Source of the DNA: an uncultured Alphaproteobacteria bacterium
Lineage (GTDB): Bacteria > Pseudomonadota > Alphaproteobacteria > Methylaequorales > Methylaequoraceae
Assembly (NCBI GenBank): GCA_902567115.1
Contig: CACFLF010000003.1
Location: 1 to 45,061, forward strand
Length of the DNA stretch: 45,061 nucleotides
Direction of reading: 5' to 3'
Positions within the stretch are counted from its first letter, which is position 1, and each line of letters starts with the position of its first letter. The notes beneath the pieces are model-generated. The model saw only the letters and a list, made by a program, of their open reading frames with translations. It had not been told where the DNA came from and made no database searches. Positions 43,895-45,061 of this stretch are shown here, in pieces. The position numbers were made by a program, and so were the translations under genes.

Positions 43895-44872
43895 TTAAGA
43901 GCTTTCTATCAACTTTGCTTTTTGTACTAAAACTTCAGCTTGACGAATTGAGGCAATATCAATTAATCTTCCATCGAGAGATACAGCACCTTTCCCTTCT
44001 TTTTTAGCTGTTTCCATAGCTTCCAAAATTCTTTTTGCTTGATTTACTTCTTTCTCACTAGGACTCATAACTTCATTGGCTAATTCTATCTGACTAGGAT
44101 GGATAGCCCACTTTCCTTCGCATCCAAGTGTAGCTGACCTATTCGCTTGTGCTTTATATCCATCAGGGTCATTAAAATCACCAAATGGGCCATCAATGGG
44201 TCTTAGTCCATTAGCTCTCGCTGCAATAACCATTTTGGAAACAGCGTGATGCCACATGTCACCCCAATGTTTATTTCGTGGTTTATCTCCATCAATATCG
44301 GTTAGGACATGATAATTCGGATTGGGACCTCCAATTACTGTTGTTTTTGCTTTTGTAGATGCTGCATAATCAGCAACTCCAAAATGAAGTGATTCAAGTC
44401 TTCTATTATATGAAGCGATTTCATTAACATTTTGCATTCCTAATGCAGTTTCAATAATCAATTCGAAGCCAATTTTTTTTTCGAGACCCATAGCATCTTC
44501 TACTTGAGTACACAACATATCAACTGCATAAACATCTGAGATGGTACCAACTTTTGGAATCATTATAAGATCAAGTTTACCAGGAGCTTTTTCAATTAAA
44601 TCAACAACGTCTCTGTACATGAAGTGTGTATCCAATCCATTAATTCTTACTGAGAGCGTTTTGCCTTTCCAATCAAGATCATTTAATGCTTCTATTATAT
44701 TTTTCCTAGCCTGTTCCTTTTCATCAGGTGCAACAGCATCTTCAAGATCTAAAAAAATAACGTCAACTTTACTGTTTGCAGCCTTCTCGAAAAGTGCTGG
44801 ATTACTTCCTGGCACTGCTAATTCACTTCTGTTAAGCCTAGGTTGGGCTTGATCAATAATTTTAAAACTCAT
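43895..44872 (-). CDS. mcl: Malyl-CoA/beta-methylmalyl-CoA lyase (CitE/HpcH superfamily)
   Basis: RSELAVPGSNP, FLDLEDAVAP, RINGLDT, IETALG, FGVADYAAS, PIDGPFGDF, GKWAIHPSQ follow alphaproteobacterial Mcl closely. SD AGAGGA upstream. Confidence 0.87.
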   Translation of the reverse strand: MSFKIIDQAQPRLNRSELAVPGSNPALFEKAANSKVDVIFLDLEDAVAPDEKEQARKNIIEALNDLDWKGKTLSVRINGLDTHFMYRDVVDLIEKAPGKLDLIMIPKVGTISDVYAVDMLCTQVEDAMGLEKKIGFELIIETALGMQNVNEIASYNRRLESLHFGVADYAASTKAKTTVIGGPNPNYHVLTDIDGDKPRNKHWGDMWHHAVSKMVIAARANGLRPIDGPFGDFNDPDGYKAQANRSATLGCEGKWAIHPSQIELANEVMSPSEKEVNQAKRILEAMETAKKEGKGAVSLDGRLIDIASIRQAEVLVQKAKLIESS

Positions 44873-44937
44873 AATTTCCTCTTATTAATTTTTTATTTTA
44901 AGTAAGTTTAATATATAAATAAATACACAAACACAAC

Positions 44938-45061
44938 TTAAATTTTAATTAATTTAGACATATTTCTTTTAAGACTATGCTTCTCGGTGAGAATTTTTCT
45001 AAGTTTTTTTGTTTGAATATGGGTGTATATTTGTGTCGTAGAGATATCTTTATGGCCCAAA
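44938..45061 (-). CDS. xerD: C-terminus of tyrosine recombinase, probably XerD (runs off the window, absent from the ORF track)
   Basis: Minus strand from 45060 reads LGHKDISTTQIYTHIQTKKLRKILTEKH...KI*, box II with the catalytic Tyr. xerD commonly precedes accA in alphaproteobacteria. Confidence 0.8.
   Translation of the reverse strand, partial: LGHKDISTTQIYTHIQTKKLRKILTEKHSLKRNMSKLIKI

Noticed and set aside
44938-45061. Tyrosine recombinase as the integrase of a mobile element
   Set aside because: It lies among housekeeping genes in the usual xerD position and no att sites or mobile genes are adjacent.

Overview
AT-rich, compact window from an alphaproteobacterium (short V3 in the 16S, Ile/Ala ITS, alphaproteobacterial core gene order, tiny intergenic gaps typical of streamlined genomes). 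It has three parts. (1) 1-20849: a + strand surface-glycan island of 22 genes, open at the left edge. It carries a legionaminic-acid-type pathway (legB, legC, acetyltransferase, neuC/legG, neuB/legI, neuA/legF, PtmE-like), an acetamidino module (WbpG-like amidotransferase, HisH2, HisF2), WbqC, a PIG-L deacetylase, an SGNH protein, two Gfo/Idh/MocA oxidoreductases, two methyltransferases and glycosyltransferases. (2) 20854-25902: a complete - strand rRNA operon (promoter, 16S, tRNA-Ile, tRNA-Ala, 23S, 5S, tRNA-fMet) ending 4 bp from the island. (3) 25943-45061: core genes (M23 peptidase, DUF4167, prmC, prfA, hisS, ispG, rodZ, lysC, ubiG, Nit, grxC, mutT, argJ, secA, accA, mcl, 3' end of xerD). 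Most notable: an intact ORF between hisS and prfA that looks like a glutamyl-tRNA reductase lacking its catalytic domain and NADPH motif; secA broken by a -1 frameshift at an A_AAA_AAG heptamer (probably a sequencing error); and the unusual tailoring and transferase content of the island. All calls come from motif recognition by eye; no searches were run.
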